Below are positions 32,806 to 45,803 of a DNA stretch of 64,000 bases, piece by piece. Every line of letters starts with the position of its first letter. Within the stretch, counting starts at the first letter, position 1. This DNA comes from the human T2T-CHM13v2.0 reference genome, Homo sapiens, in assembly GCF_009914755.1 (NCBI RefSeq), contig NC_060926.1. One strand, given 5' to 3'. The position numbers were made by a program, and so were the translations under genes. The notes beneath the pieces were generated by a model that saw only the letters and a program-made list of their open reading frames with translations, was not told where the DNA came from and ran no database searches.

Positions 32806-34856
32806 TAGGGACTGTTCTAATACCCTTTAACCATCCCTCCTCTTTTTTTCTTTTTTCCCCTTTTTAAAATAAATGAAGCCTTTAGATTTGTTTTAGTTTT
32901 TCTTCTCACCTACAAGCTCCACTGGCAGGTTGAGGCCCTTGTATGGTATCCAGTGATAGACGTTGAATCCATCCTTACTGGTATTTGCTCCTTGGAGGTG
33001 AAAAAAATAAATGTTTTATAAAGGTCAAATTGGCCTTATCAAACAAAACATCTGCTAGATCAGTGAATGACTGGTGACAGCAGGAGACAGCAGTGCTGGC
33101 CTCTCCAATAGAAGTCACTGCAGTTAATGGAAGCTATTATGGGAAAATTCTGGCAAGAAGTTTTCTTTTTTTTTTTTTTCTCCTTCAGACAGCTAAAATT
33201 TTTTTAAAGAAAAAATGTATTCAGTTGCTAGGGTAACTGTGGTTTCAAAACTACCATAACAAAAGCCAGATATCACATATCAAACTACCAAATTATTAAT
33301 TTGACTGGTATTTTAAAATAATTGCTTGAAAGAGATGTTTTCTCCTTATCTTAGCTATACAGAAAAGAGGGAAAGGGAGATCAGGAAGAAAAGAAGAAAA
33401 AGGGAGAAAAAAACTGATAGATCTGTTAAGAAATGTTTTTGCCTTGCTAAATATTTGTTGGAAGTAAAAATTCTTTTACATTATGGATACATTTGCATGC
33501 AGGATTTATTTAGTCAGATTCAAAACATAAGGAGGATACTGGGTTATTCTGTTTTCAATTTCTATTCCCGCATTTCAAGCCTTGCCTGGGTTTTAAGTGA
33601 ACAGTTTTCCATTGGGTATTTGGTAAAGGAAATGGTTACTTAGGGGAGTCATGCATGTTCTGAAATCTTTTATGAGTGATTGTGTTTTTTCTGTGCCTTG
33701 CTTTTCATCACTTGATTTAAAGTGAATATAATAAAGCCATTAATTGCTTGGATTCTGGAATCAGTCATATCTTGGACTAAATTCCTTTTCTATCCCTTAC
33801 TAAATTCCTTTAACATCTCTGAGTTTCTTTATTTTTAAAAAGAGTAAGTCCAGGCAAAGTGGCTTACTCCTGTAATCTGAACACTTTGGGATGCCGAGGC
33901 GGGTGGATCACTTGAGCCCAGGAGTTTGAGACCAGCCTGAGCAACATGGTGAAACCCTGTCTCTACTAAAAGTAAACAAATAAATAAATTGCTGGGCATG
34001 GTGGCATGTTCCTGTAGTACCAGCCACCTGGGAGGCTGAGATAGGAGGATCCATTGAGCCCGGAAGGTCAGGGTGCAGTGAGCCATGATTGCACCACTGT
34101 TCTCCAGCCTGGGCGACAGAGTGAGACCTTGTCTCTAAATTAATTAATTAATTAATTAAAACTTTAAATATAAAAGAATATCAGCTGAGGGCTGTGGTGT
34201 GCATCTGTAGTCCCAGCTACTGGAGAGGCTGAGGTAGGAGGATCCCTTGGGACCAGGAGTTTGAGCCTATAGTGCGTTATGATCCCACCTGTGAATAGCA
34301 ACTGGAGTCTGGCCTGGAAAACGTAGTGGGACCCTGTCTGTTAAAAAAACAGGGTGGGGGGTTGGGGGGAGGGGGATATCAGAACAAATGACTGACTGAC
34401 TTCAACAAATAAATTGCAAGGAAAGGAAAAGAGAGAGAGGAACCTATAGATTAAAAGACACTTGGGAGGTATATTAACTAAATGCAATGTGTGCATGTTT
34501 AGATCTGATTTGAAAAAAAAAACTAAAAAAATCATTTTTGACACAACTGGGGAGACTTGAACATTGATTAGATATCTAATAATATTAAGGAATCATTTTA
34601 AATGTGTTTAGATATAATTATAGAGTAACATGGTATTGGAGGATTTTTGGTGTTATTTTTTGACATTTTGATACATACCGTAACATTTACAAATAAAGTA
34701 ATATAATATCTGAGATTTGCCTCAAAATAAGGAAGAGGGAAATGGATGGGATAGAGATGAAACAAGTTTGGCCATGAGCTGACAACTGTTGACACTGGGT
34801 GATGGAGATAGAGGGGTTCGTTAAAATATTCTGTCTATTTCTAAATAAATACTTGA

Positions 34857-35132
<276 letters not shown>

Positions 35133-35737
35133 TAAGCTTGAGCCACTGTGCCCAGCAGATATTTTCTACAATAAAAGTTTTTAAAAAGATATCAGTAAGA
35201 CTCACCTGGTAAGATTATTGTGTGGATTAAATGAGATGCTGTGTGTAAAGCACTTGGCAGAATGCCTGGTATATAATAACTGCTCAATAAATATTAGCTA
35301 TTACTTTTAGAGACAAGGCCTCCTCTTCCCCTCCTGGAGAACTATGAAAGCCAGACCATGAAATGTGTGGCTGACTGGAGCAGCTAACCTTACTCCTTCC
35401 AAATCAGGCAGCTGCAGGCTGTCATTGCATTCATCCTCATCCAACCTTGCTTCTGTACTAGGCCCTGTGCTTCCCACACACACACTAAAATTCTGTTTTA
35501 TAGCGGCTGTTGGCTTTGCCTTTAGTTTCACAGTAAGTTTTAGCTGGGAATGTTATTTCAGTGGAAAATGGAAGGCAAGAACTTTTTTAGCTCAACTATT
35601 AATAAGTATGGAGCACATTGTTAGGAATTTTCCTATATAGTTTTATTTAACCTTCATAACAATCCTTCAAAGTCGAAATTATTAGCTTCATTTTAGAGAG
35701 AAGGAAACACAAGTTTCAAGGCCCGCCCAAGGTCACA

Positions 35738-35774
35738 GGGCCTTAAGTGGTGGGCCTTAAGTGGTGGGCCTTAA
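35738..35774. repeat. 14-bp tandem repeat gggccttaagtggt, 2.6 copies, inside a MIR-like fragment
   Basis: Units start at 35738, 35752 and 35766. Confidence 0.9.
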
Positions 35775-35943
35775 TTCACACCCACCTCCTGAGACCTCCA
35801 AAGGGCTTGTGCTTACCCAGGAGCCCTAGCTATCAGCTCTGTTGCCTTTCTTTTCCTTATCCTAGCTTAAAAACAACTGCCATCCAGAAAAGGTTAAGTT
35901 GACATTCCTAATCAAAAGAGTCTGGACCAGACGCGGTGACTCA

Positions 35944-36315
<372 letters not shown>

Positions 36316-36699
36316 TTACAGGCTTGGGAGTAGCTTGGGCCGGGCAGAGGGGAGGCTCTGAATGTAGTAATAGAGAGAAAAAGGTTTTCAGGATTGCACC
36401 GATATTTGTGTTTCATTTCCCCCTTGTTCCAAATGCTGTTCAACTTAAGGGAAGAAGAAAGCAGGGAGGGATACCTTATACGAAAACTGTTCCATTCCGA
36501 AAATTAAAAACAGCCAGCTGCCATCAAATACCAAGGGCCCTTATATTCAAACTTCAGCTGTAATTTAGTTGGGAGGTTGCAATGGCACCCTAAACTGTCA
36601 AATGATTTGACCTTAGAATCCTGCTTACATAAAGCCGGACAATTCCATGCAAGGGGGGTGTCTGGTTACAACTGAAGTTATTAGTTGTTTACGTCCGAC

Positions 36700-39600
36700 T
36701 TGTCCGGGAATGGAGCAGAGAAAGAGGAACCAGAAGAAAGAGAAACTCGCGACAACAGAGTTGCCGAAAGAGAAGTGTTGGCGCCTCAAACTTGAGGATC
36801 AGCTTCTTGGGCCCCACTCCAGGGTGTCGCGGGGGTCGGGTTCTTTCCGCCGCCCCCCGAAAGATTCTCAGCTAACCCTTTCCCCGCCGAGACCAAGAGG
36901 CCCTCACTCTGACACCACTCCGGGAGCCAAGCTACTGTAAGGAGCTGATACCACCCCTCGCCGGCGCGAACCGCCCATCTCCCCAGACCCGCCCACCCCC
37001 TGCTGCGAATCCCTGACGTTCTAGCCCGGCGAAGGTCCTCTTAAATTAGGAAACAATAGCTATTTAAGAAGAAGCGCAAATAACCCGCGCTCTGCGCGCC
37101 CAATCGTGGGATTCTTGGGAGTTCCCCGCGGGCAAGGAAGTCTGCTGCTCCCCGCAGCTGCGGAGGAGAGGAGGGAGCCTGCGTGCTGGGGCAGGGTGTC
37201 GCGAACTTGGGGCAACCCACCTCCAGAGCCCCGCCCCCGCTTTCCCGCCTGCCGGGGACCTGCCGAACGCGGAACCACCCTCCTTCCTGAGGCAAATTTG
37301 GGAGGGGAGAGGTCCAGAAGCTGTAGAGTCGGGGCGCCAAGCGCCAGATTCTGCCGCTCGGAAGTTGGGGGCAGTCCCCAGTCCCGCCTCAGGCCCCCGC
37401 GCTCACAGGGCGCTCCGCCGAGGGCGCGGGCCAGGCGCGCGGTGTCACCTCCACGAAGTCATTTACTTGCCCTGAAGGAGCTGGCCCTCGACCCCTTGGA
37501 GGATGGAGATTCCTCCCATTCCCTCCTCCGCCTCCCCCAGGTCGGCGAAGAGACGTGGAATTGAGCTGGACCGATGATTCCGCGAGCTCTGTAATTATGC
37601 ACACACTGAAATCTTCACCGTTGACTTAAGTTACTTGGCGCTGCGAGGGCTGGGGCCCTGCATATTGATTAAATGCAGCCTCTATTTACCTAAACAATAA
37701 ATGTAGAGATTAGCAACGTTCACTTGATCACAATAATGGGATTGACAATTAAGGGGCAATGCATCCCAGATGTAGCGGAACCTATGGGCTGCGTGCAGCA
37801 GGCAGAGGGCTTCTCAGAGAGGGGCGCTGGGCAGTTGCGGCGGCGGAGGTAGTGCAGAGCAGGAAGCAGCGCGGAAGCACAGCGGGAGGCGGAGGGGGAC
37901 GCCCAGCCTCGTCAAGGTCTTCGGCCACCCCGCCCGGGAGGCTCGAAACTGGCTTTGGGGTACCTGAATGCCTCGACTCCCAGGGAGACATCGGGAGCTC
38001 GGAGCCACTCTCCCTGTGGCGATGGCACCTGCCTCAAGGCCGTCTCGCTTGCTGATGCCTGGCCGGGAAGGAGGATGGACGCCGCTGGCATGTGCCCTGG
38101 TAAGTGTGTCTGTTTGTCATCAGTGTACATTCTGCATGTGGCAGCAGGGCGAGGGGGAGGCGCACGTGTCTAAAGTGCACGGAGCCTTCCTCTACCCCTA
38201 TGTATATACCCTTCAGTCAATGTTCCAAGAAGCGGGTCAGGGCGGAGGGTATCCATCTGGACTCTGGAAGGGCGTGGGTTTGACATCGGTAGGTGTGACA
38301 GGAAAGTCCAGCCTGTCAGGGTTGGGCTCTACAGTGGCCGAAATCAAGAAAGGATGGACGTGTCGGCCCAGGGCTGGCCTGTTTCCGGATATGTCACGGG
38401 GGTGCCTCGTTCCTCGAGGGGAGTTTTAGGATGTATCTTTTTTTCTCACCCTCTCACTGAACTGTAGGGTTCTGAGAAGAGGTTCTAGGAAGGAGAGGGC
38501 TGAAAGGAACTAAGAAAAGAACCCAGGAGAGTGGAACATGGGGTAATAAAAGACAGATGAGCACAGTTGGGTGTGTGTGTGAAACCGTGATCCACCTGGA
38601 AGGGGTTCCAAACCCTGGACTAACATCGCATACTGGCTGCAAAAGACACATGCGTGTTGCTTCTCTGCTCTTTCCCTCTTCTGTCTGAGCCCCATTATCA
38701 ACCTGGAAGGCTTCTCATTCCACATTTAGACACAAACAAAAGGATTTGTCCCAGACACTCAAGAACAAGCCAGGACGAAGCCCTTTCCCGCCAAACCACG
38801 AAGGCCGGGAAATAAACAGCGCCTGCCCAGGCTCTGGGCGCGCGAGCCCAGGAGAGGACTTGGGTGGGAAGAGGATCTAGAAGATCGGAAGGAGGGAGAG
38901 AGGGAGGGAGAGAGGGAGGGAGGGAGAAGCTTGGAAAGAGAAGAGGGAGGAGGAAGAGGAGGGACCAGCAAGGCAGAGTTGGACCCGGGGTTCTGTTATA
39001 ACCGCCCTTCCCCGCCCAGGGTCTTTCCATCCCCTGTCCCCCTCCCCCATTTCAGAGCTGAAGGCCGACTGTGGGAGGAGGAGGTTAAACAAAGGGAATC
39101 CTCCTCCTCTGGGACGGGTGAAGTGCGTTTGTCTTCTCCTTGCAGGCTCTGGAAAAACTGGCAGGAATTTCCTTGTCGTGAGAAGATGGACGAGTGTGTC
39201 TGCAGCCGAGGAGACAACTACAAACAGACTTTGGGCAGGGAAGGCGGGCGGGCGGGGGTGGGGGTGGGGGCGGGGGCCTGCTTTGATCGCTCCAGCTCTG
39301 TTGTAATTTTGTCTTCGCCAGATAGATTAGCTGGAACCGCCAGCCCTAGCTTGGAGTTCCGTTCCACGGAGTACCCTCCCTCCCCACCCCCAGCGTCATC
39401 TCGCGCCTGGAGCCGGGTCGCCGCTCCTTCCGAAGTCTCGCTGGAAACTTCAAGGGCTGATGGTTCTGTGTTCTTGACGTAATTAGGAGGCCACGCAGCT
39501 CTCCAACACTCCGTTAAACAAATATGTAAGTCGTCCTCCCCCTCTCTGGGGACAGACTCTAGGGAAGGAGGCAGCTGGGCCCGCTCCGGGTGGTGTCCTT

Positions 39601-39730
39601 GGCTAGCGGAGTGGCGTCGCTGTGACCTTCCGCCGCCCCTCGGGGCCTTGGTCTTTCTAAGCTCTTTCTTAGGAAGCGGAGAGAGGGGCAGAAAACGTGC
39701 ACCTCGCCACCCACCGGACAAGCCGAGAGG
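36700..39730. promoter_or_regulatory. Upstream CpG islands (~36700-38200 and ~38780-39730), a probable promoter region
   Basis: High GC and CpG density; GC boxes (cccgccc ~36988, ccccgcccc ~37229); CCAAT near 37100. Confidence 0.8.
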
Positions 39731-41300
39731 ACCTTGTCTTTGCTTGAAAAGTTTTCTAGATAAATCGCTCGGGTGGTTCTAAGCTATGACGAACTAGAGG
39801 CTGGGCCCGGTTCTTCTCCAGAACAGCGTGTGGATGTAAAGGAGATGAAATCGTCCTCCCCCACTGCTTTCTTTTTCTTCCCCATATAAATCAGTCATAT
39901 AATTCATTCGCATTGTTTAAGGTACATTGATCAATCTAATGGCTTGTAATAGTCTCCTAATTGCCACTTGCAGACTCCTGCAGGCTCAGATTTGAAGAGG
40001 GAAGGTTCCAGCCAAGTCCACCTTAAGCCTGAGTTTGGGCGACTACAGAATCCAGGAAGAAAATCTAGATGGCATGGTCGCTCCGGTCTCAGTTCTACAG
40101 GGGAGGGAAGAAAGGGGGTGTTAGTGGGGATATTTGCTGTTCATTTTTCCCGCAATCTCCCTTCCAAATCAGTCACTGATTAATGAGCAAAGCCCATGCC
40201 ACAAGTTATAGATTACTGTGGACTGAGGATCATTTTGTTAATATCAGGCAAGAAACTTGCCTTACTTGCATCCCTGTGTCTGTATTTACAGTAACAACTT
40301 CCTTAGTCACAAACTGATATGCTTTTAGCCATACCTTTTCTTCTTACTTACTTATTTTTAGCATCATCAGGAGTTGGGATAGGAAATAACATGGGGGAGG
40401 GGTGTGTTAAAGGGAAGGAAGGAAAAGCCATCCTTTATCCCAGAGTGTCCTGGAGGTATGCCTACACTCCTGTTTAACATCTTGTGGTTGTAGTGCCTTC
40501 TCCAAGCCCTGGATGGAGGAGGAAAGAGTTGGAAGCCTCCTCAAATCTGCCTATGAAAGGGTAAAACTGAGGAAACTGGTACCCTAGCTATGAGAAGCTG
40601 AGTAATGATCAGAATCCTCTGGCCTCTGGCTTTTCTTGATATTAGTTCAGGTCTATGCAAAAAAATTGCTTTAGTGTCTCCAAAGGTGGTTCCATTAGAG
40701 TTGGCTGAGACAATACATGTGCATCATTTTGGAAGAGATGCTCTTAAAAAGAAGAAAGCCACTACAGAATGCCACATTTGCTTAGGTCTAAGACCCTTCT
40801 GTGGTAGTCGGTGAGGGAGGGAGGAAAGTAAAACCCCAAGCTGAATAGGCCCCCCATAGTTTCCGAGTGATGCAGTAAACAAATCTATGATGCTTGTTGA
40901 ATAATCTTCCAATAATTGCAGTCATTAAAATCATCACACAGTCTACAGTCACCTTCCTTCCTTTGACACACCAGTCTTTCCCTTAATTGTTAATGCATTT
41001 TTGGCTCAGATAAACACATAGAGGCCAGCTTAAAATATATGGCCCAGATACATCTAACAGCAGAAAATTAGTTGTGTAACAAACGTTTGGACTGTGCTTA
41101 ATAGACTAGGGGTTTTCAATTTCTTCAGCAGACCCTACAGAGGCAAGAAAGATTTGCATCTTCTACCACTGCTAAATAGCAGTGACGCCTCTGAGATACA
41201 AAAAAAAAAAAAAAGAAAAAAAAGATGAAAGTCCCATTGGCCTATTGAATCTTCCTTGCTCTTTCATTTGCAAGGGTTGGGCTGGAATTAGGACATTATA
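36700..41300 (+). ncRNA. LINC01305: Probable spliced lncRNA upstream of SP9; boundaries uncertain
   Basis: CpG-island start; strong donor CTG|GTAAGT (GT 38100-38101) and acceptor tttgtcttctccttgcag|G (AG 39144-39145). The name and extent rest on my recollection of the locus, not on the sequence. Confidence 0.45.
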
Positions 41301-43664
41301 GAACAAATATTAAAGGAAAGCTTAACAGAAACTGTGGGAGAGTTCCTCAATTTTCAATTAATTTTCTCCATCCATTTGATCTCAACAACTGGTGCTTTAA
41401 AAAATATAAATATGTGTCAACTATAAAAGATTCCCTGCTAATCAAAGGCTGTATTTCATTTTCACCCACCACTGACAAGACACCAACCGTGGAAAGGATT
41501 CACCCGACTCAACAGGCACTATGGACCTTCCTGGGCTTCCTTCTCCCTTGTTCATGGCAGGCAACATTGGTACACAAGGGCAGCTTTTTCTTTTTTTAAC
41601 TCAAGTTATTAATGTATCTCCGCAACTCCCACACCGTGCTGACCTGATAATCACTGCTCTAGTGAAGATCATGCAAATGAAAAGCATAATTAATTGCACA
41701 AATGATTTAAAAAGGAGCGCTGTGGCTTTGCAAATAAATAAAGGCAGTTGGGAGGACAGGTCAGATAAATGCTTTTTATAGGCTGGGCTCCCTTCACCCC
41801 CACCCCCGCCTCCTGGTCCCGGTGGTCCAGACTTTGACTGCAGCCAGCCTGGCCAAGGCGAGCACCTTCCGTTCCTCCTCCCCTAACGCCTCCCCTTCAA
41901 CCTTATTCCGGAGTCCCCCTAACTCCACCTCACCCCACCCCAACCTCACCCCACCCCAGTGGTGTATACCCGCTGCTAGACTCTGTGCTAGGTCAAAGCT
42001 CCGGGGAGACTGGGCAGCCACCTAATATTTAACCAGCTACTACATATCCAGTTATTCAGAAAATAACTGGTCCTCCCAGTCGCCACTACGCTTCCTGCAC
42101 ATCAGGAAGAAGCATTTTATCTGTGGCTATTGGACCTGTGAAGGAGGTCCAATCCTTCCTATTAGCGCTAATGACCGAATTGTTTCCCTGGCTTTGCCTG
42201 CTAAACAGAGCAACTTGAGCAGTTGCTCAGATCAAAGCTCCCGGGAGAGGCAAGATGGGAGAAACAATATTTGTTCAAAGGAAGTGAACTCTTCCCTTTA
42301 ATTACCCTATTCTTCTTTATTAGGAATCGTATTGAATTTTTTTGCAAAAAAATTATGTTGGTTTAACCATAGTGTATTTATGATGTAAATATATTCCAAG
42401 ATGAAAACGTCACGGATCAATTGTAAAGGACCCGGATACATAATTTTAAAAAATCAGTTTCAGTGTATATGAGGTTCTCACCCCACTTTCGCTGCTCAGT
42501 CAGATTTGTTTATGCAGAATCGACATTTAATAGTGCTAATTGCACTCCAGTTAAATTGCCCTGATTGCAGAAAGGGAAGCAATTTTCGTGCTCTCTGTCT
42601 GGGTTTGGAAGAAATTGTTTTATATTCACCTCTTTATAAAGAAGTGGAGATAAGGCACCGGGGCCTTTGCACAAATTGCACTTAGGGGCTGACTGGCAGC
42701 ATTCAGGCGCTATAATAGAGCATTATTTGGCCGTTTTGAATAATGTAAAGCGTTTGCTGAAAGCTATTCTCCTGAAAATTGCTTTAACTTTTAAAAGGGT
42801 GATGATTCACTCCAAACCAGGCCTTTGTTACATTGTCATTATTTCCCCAAATGTTTTAACAGTCAGCTCAACACTTTAGCATAACACATTGATCTTTGTT
42901 TAAAAACTAGATTTTTTTAGAGGATGAAAAAAATCTGTCAGACGAAAAAAATCTGGACTTCCTCCGAAAGATTTCCTTGGGGCCCCACCTTAGAGTTGAA
43001 GTGGCCCGGGTGTTTGCCTGCGTTCGTTTGGAAGATTTCCCTAACTTTTATTGTGATGCAGACGCGTGTATCTAAAGGAATATGCGAGTGCCCACGTCTA
43101 GAGTCTGACAGCTGGAACTACGGGGAAAACGGCGGGAGGGGGAGGGGAGGGGATCCGAGGGGAGGAGGAGAAGAGGAAGGCGAGCAGGGCGCCGGAGCCC
43201 GAGGTGTCTGCGAGAACTGTTTTAAATGGTTGGCTTGAAAATGTCACTAGTGCTAAGTGGCTTTTCGGATTGTCTTATTTATTACTTTGTCAGGTTTCCT
43301 TAAGGAGAGGGTGTGTTGGGGGTGGGGGAGGAGGTGGACTGGGGAAACCTCTGCGTTTCTCCTCCTCGGCTGCACAGGGTGAGTAGGAAACGCCTCGCTG
43401 CCACTTAACAATCCCTCTATTAGTAAATCTACGCGGAGACTCTATGGGAAGCCGAGAACCAGTGTCTTCTTCCAGGGCAGAAGTCACCTGTTGGGAACGG
43501 CCCCCGGGTCCCCCTGCTGGGCTTTCCGGCTCTTCTAGGCGGCCTGATTTCTCCTCAGCCCTCCACCCAGCGTCCCTCAGGGACTTTTCACACCTCCCCA
43601 CCCCCATTTCCACTACAGTCTCCCAGGGCACAGCACTTCATTGACAGCCACACGAGCCTTCTCG

Positions 43665-43714
43665 TTCTCTTCTCCTCTGTTCCTTCTCTTTCTCTTCTCC
43701 TCTGTTCCTTCTCT
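43665..43714. repeat. 25-bp pyrimidine-rich tandem duplication
   Basis: ttctcttctcctctgttccttctct at 43665-43689 and 43690-43714. Confidence 0.9.
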
Positions 43715-45399
43715 TTCTCTGTCATAATTTCCTTGGTGCTTTCGCCACCTTAAACAAAAAAGAGAAAAAAATAAAATAAAAAAAACCCATTCTGAGCCAA
43801 AGTATTTTAAGATGAATCCAAGAAAGCGACCCACATAGCCCTCCCCACCCACGGAGTGCGCCAAGACGCACCCAGGCTCCATCACAGGGCCGAGAGCAGC
43901 GCCACTCTGGTCGTACTTTTGGGTCAAGAGATCTTGCAAAAGAGGAGAGAAAACACGGGAGGCACAGTTCCACATCCTTGTCACTTGCACCGGCTCCGCG
44001 ACAACTCGTCGTTTGCACCCGAGGGTTTGGGGTTGGTAGTTTAATTTTTTTTTTTTCCTAAGAAGCAGGGTGTGGGTTTAGTGGGGAGTGTGCTATATTA
44101 AAACCAGTGCCCAGGTCTGCCCGAGGGCGCTGGTATTTCTGGTTCAAAAACAGCTTCTGGCTACCCTGGAGAAGAAAGAGAAAGCGGGGCCCAGAAAGAG
44201 AAAAACAAGCAGGTCAGCGGTTGCTGGGGGACTCGAAGACGCACCCTGGTCTGCTTGAGGACGCCTCTTTTCACACTGACAAGGTCCAGGGAGGACTTCA
44301 GGATGCTTCCAGCCTGCAAAATGTGGAAGCGCCCACGTGTGGCCTGGTCCTCCGCCCTCCCGGGTGAAAGTCCTGGAGAGATTTCTCGGGCGCGTCCGTG
44401 AAAGCAGGGCACTAATGGGGAGCCTACCTCTTAAAACAGCGCACTTGCCCTACGGACGAGCCTCTAGGCCCTGGTGGTCTGGAATGGGAGTGGGTTGGAG
44501 CTGGGACAAGAAAACTCCACTCCAGGATGAAACGCGACATGCAAATCTTCACCGGGTTAAACAAACAGCCGAGCAAGCTGCAGCTTCAGCGGAGGTGGAG
44601 GTGGGGGCGGACGCCGCTCGCGCCGGTCTCTGTTTCCAAAGTTGTTACAGTGAGAAAATAAGCGGCTTCGTGCAGCGTGTTGTATGGGCTGATGCCTCCC
44701 ACCCCCATGCCAGCCCACAGCAAAACCCGGCAGATAATCAGCACATCCCACTGTTTAGTCATATTTGACAACTGGGTTAACCTGGTATCTAAGCGCTGGC
44801 GAAACCGTACAAAGGGTGCCCTCAATTACCACCAGAAGCCTCTAGCGTGAGTGGCACTTGTATTACCCCCCGGGTCAGAGGCCAGAGCGACAATTAGGAA
44901 GTCACTTACACCGCTGGGGGGAAATGGCGGGATGCAGCAGGCTCCAGGCCCTCCCAACAAATCTGTGGATGTAGATCTGTACAGAGAGGCCTATTTCGCT
45001 CCTCTCGGAGAGCTGTCCCTTCGCGCCCCCTCCCCAGTATAACTGTGAGAGTGAAATTGAATCTAGTGGAATAAGGAATTGGGTAGAAGACACACGAAAA
45101 TGATAAAAATCACAAGCAAGAATGATAGATACAAGCTGAAGTTGTGTTCTGTAGGCAAAAGCCTGGACACACAAAGTGAGGGCTCACATTTCCGTCTCCA
45201 CTTGGGCCCTGCTGGTGCGGGCTGTGTCTGGGTGTCTCCTCCCCTCCTGCCTCCTTTCCTACAAGTGGGGAGTCGAGTAGGACTGTCAGCCCTAACTTGC
45301 AACATCTCGGGGTGGTTTGTGTGTGGGGGGGTGCTTGTGGCTCGGTTTCATTGGTACTTAAACCTGGCTTGGTGCGTGAGTGTAAATTTTTAATTGCAC

Positions 45400-45782
45400 T
45401 GTAATTTCTTCAGTCCCCAGCCCGCCCTCGCCCCCCACCCCCCGCAAGTATCCCCCACTACTCCCCCCCACCCCCGCGGCCCTAGCTAGCCGACTTGACT
45501 GGCACGCGCCGGGAGCCCGGGCTCGGGCCCCTCGGAGCGTCTGATTGGCTGCGGGGCAGCTCCGGTCTGCTCTGCCTGCGCCCTCATTGGGCGAGAGGCG
45601 CAGCCAGCGGCACTTCAAAGCGGGTGCTCCTCGCACTTAGGCTGAGTTTAGCCGGCGGGAGCCTGGAGTCCGCTCGGCACGAGCGCGGGGACGCGGGAGC
45701 CGCGCGGGACCCAAGCAGTTTTTCCGAGCAGCCGCCAGGCTCAGCCCCGCTCCCAGCCTCGCTGCGCAGCCAGAGACCTGCT
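45400..45782 (+). promoter_or_regulatory. SP9: SP9 CpG-island promoter and 5' UTR
   Basis: Two inverted CCAAT boxes (ATTGG 45544-45548 and 45586-45590), C-rich GC boxes 45415-45480, no canonical TATA; immediately upstream of the ATG. Confidence 0.75.
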
Positions 45783-45803
45783 ATGGCCACGTCTATACTC
45801 GGG
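45783..45803 (+). CDS. SP9: SP9 coding exon 1 (MATSILG)
   Basis: ATG at 45783 and donor GGG|GTAAGT at 45804. Phase 0 joins in frame to exon 2. Confidence 0.93.

Noticed and set aside
34136-34160. (TAAT)n run as a homeodomain site cluster
   Set aside because: It is the decayed tail of the Alu at 33848-34160.
41199-41223. Poly(A) run as a retrocopy tail or transcript end
   Set aside because: No upstream element body or TSD seen; a genomic A-run more likely to cause oligo-dT internal priming.
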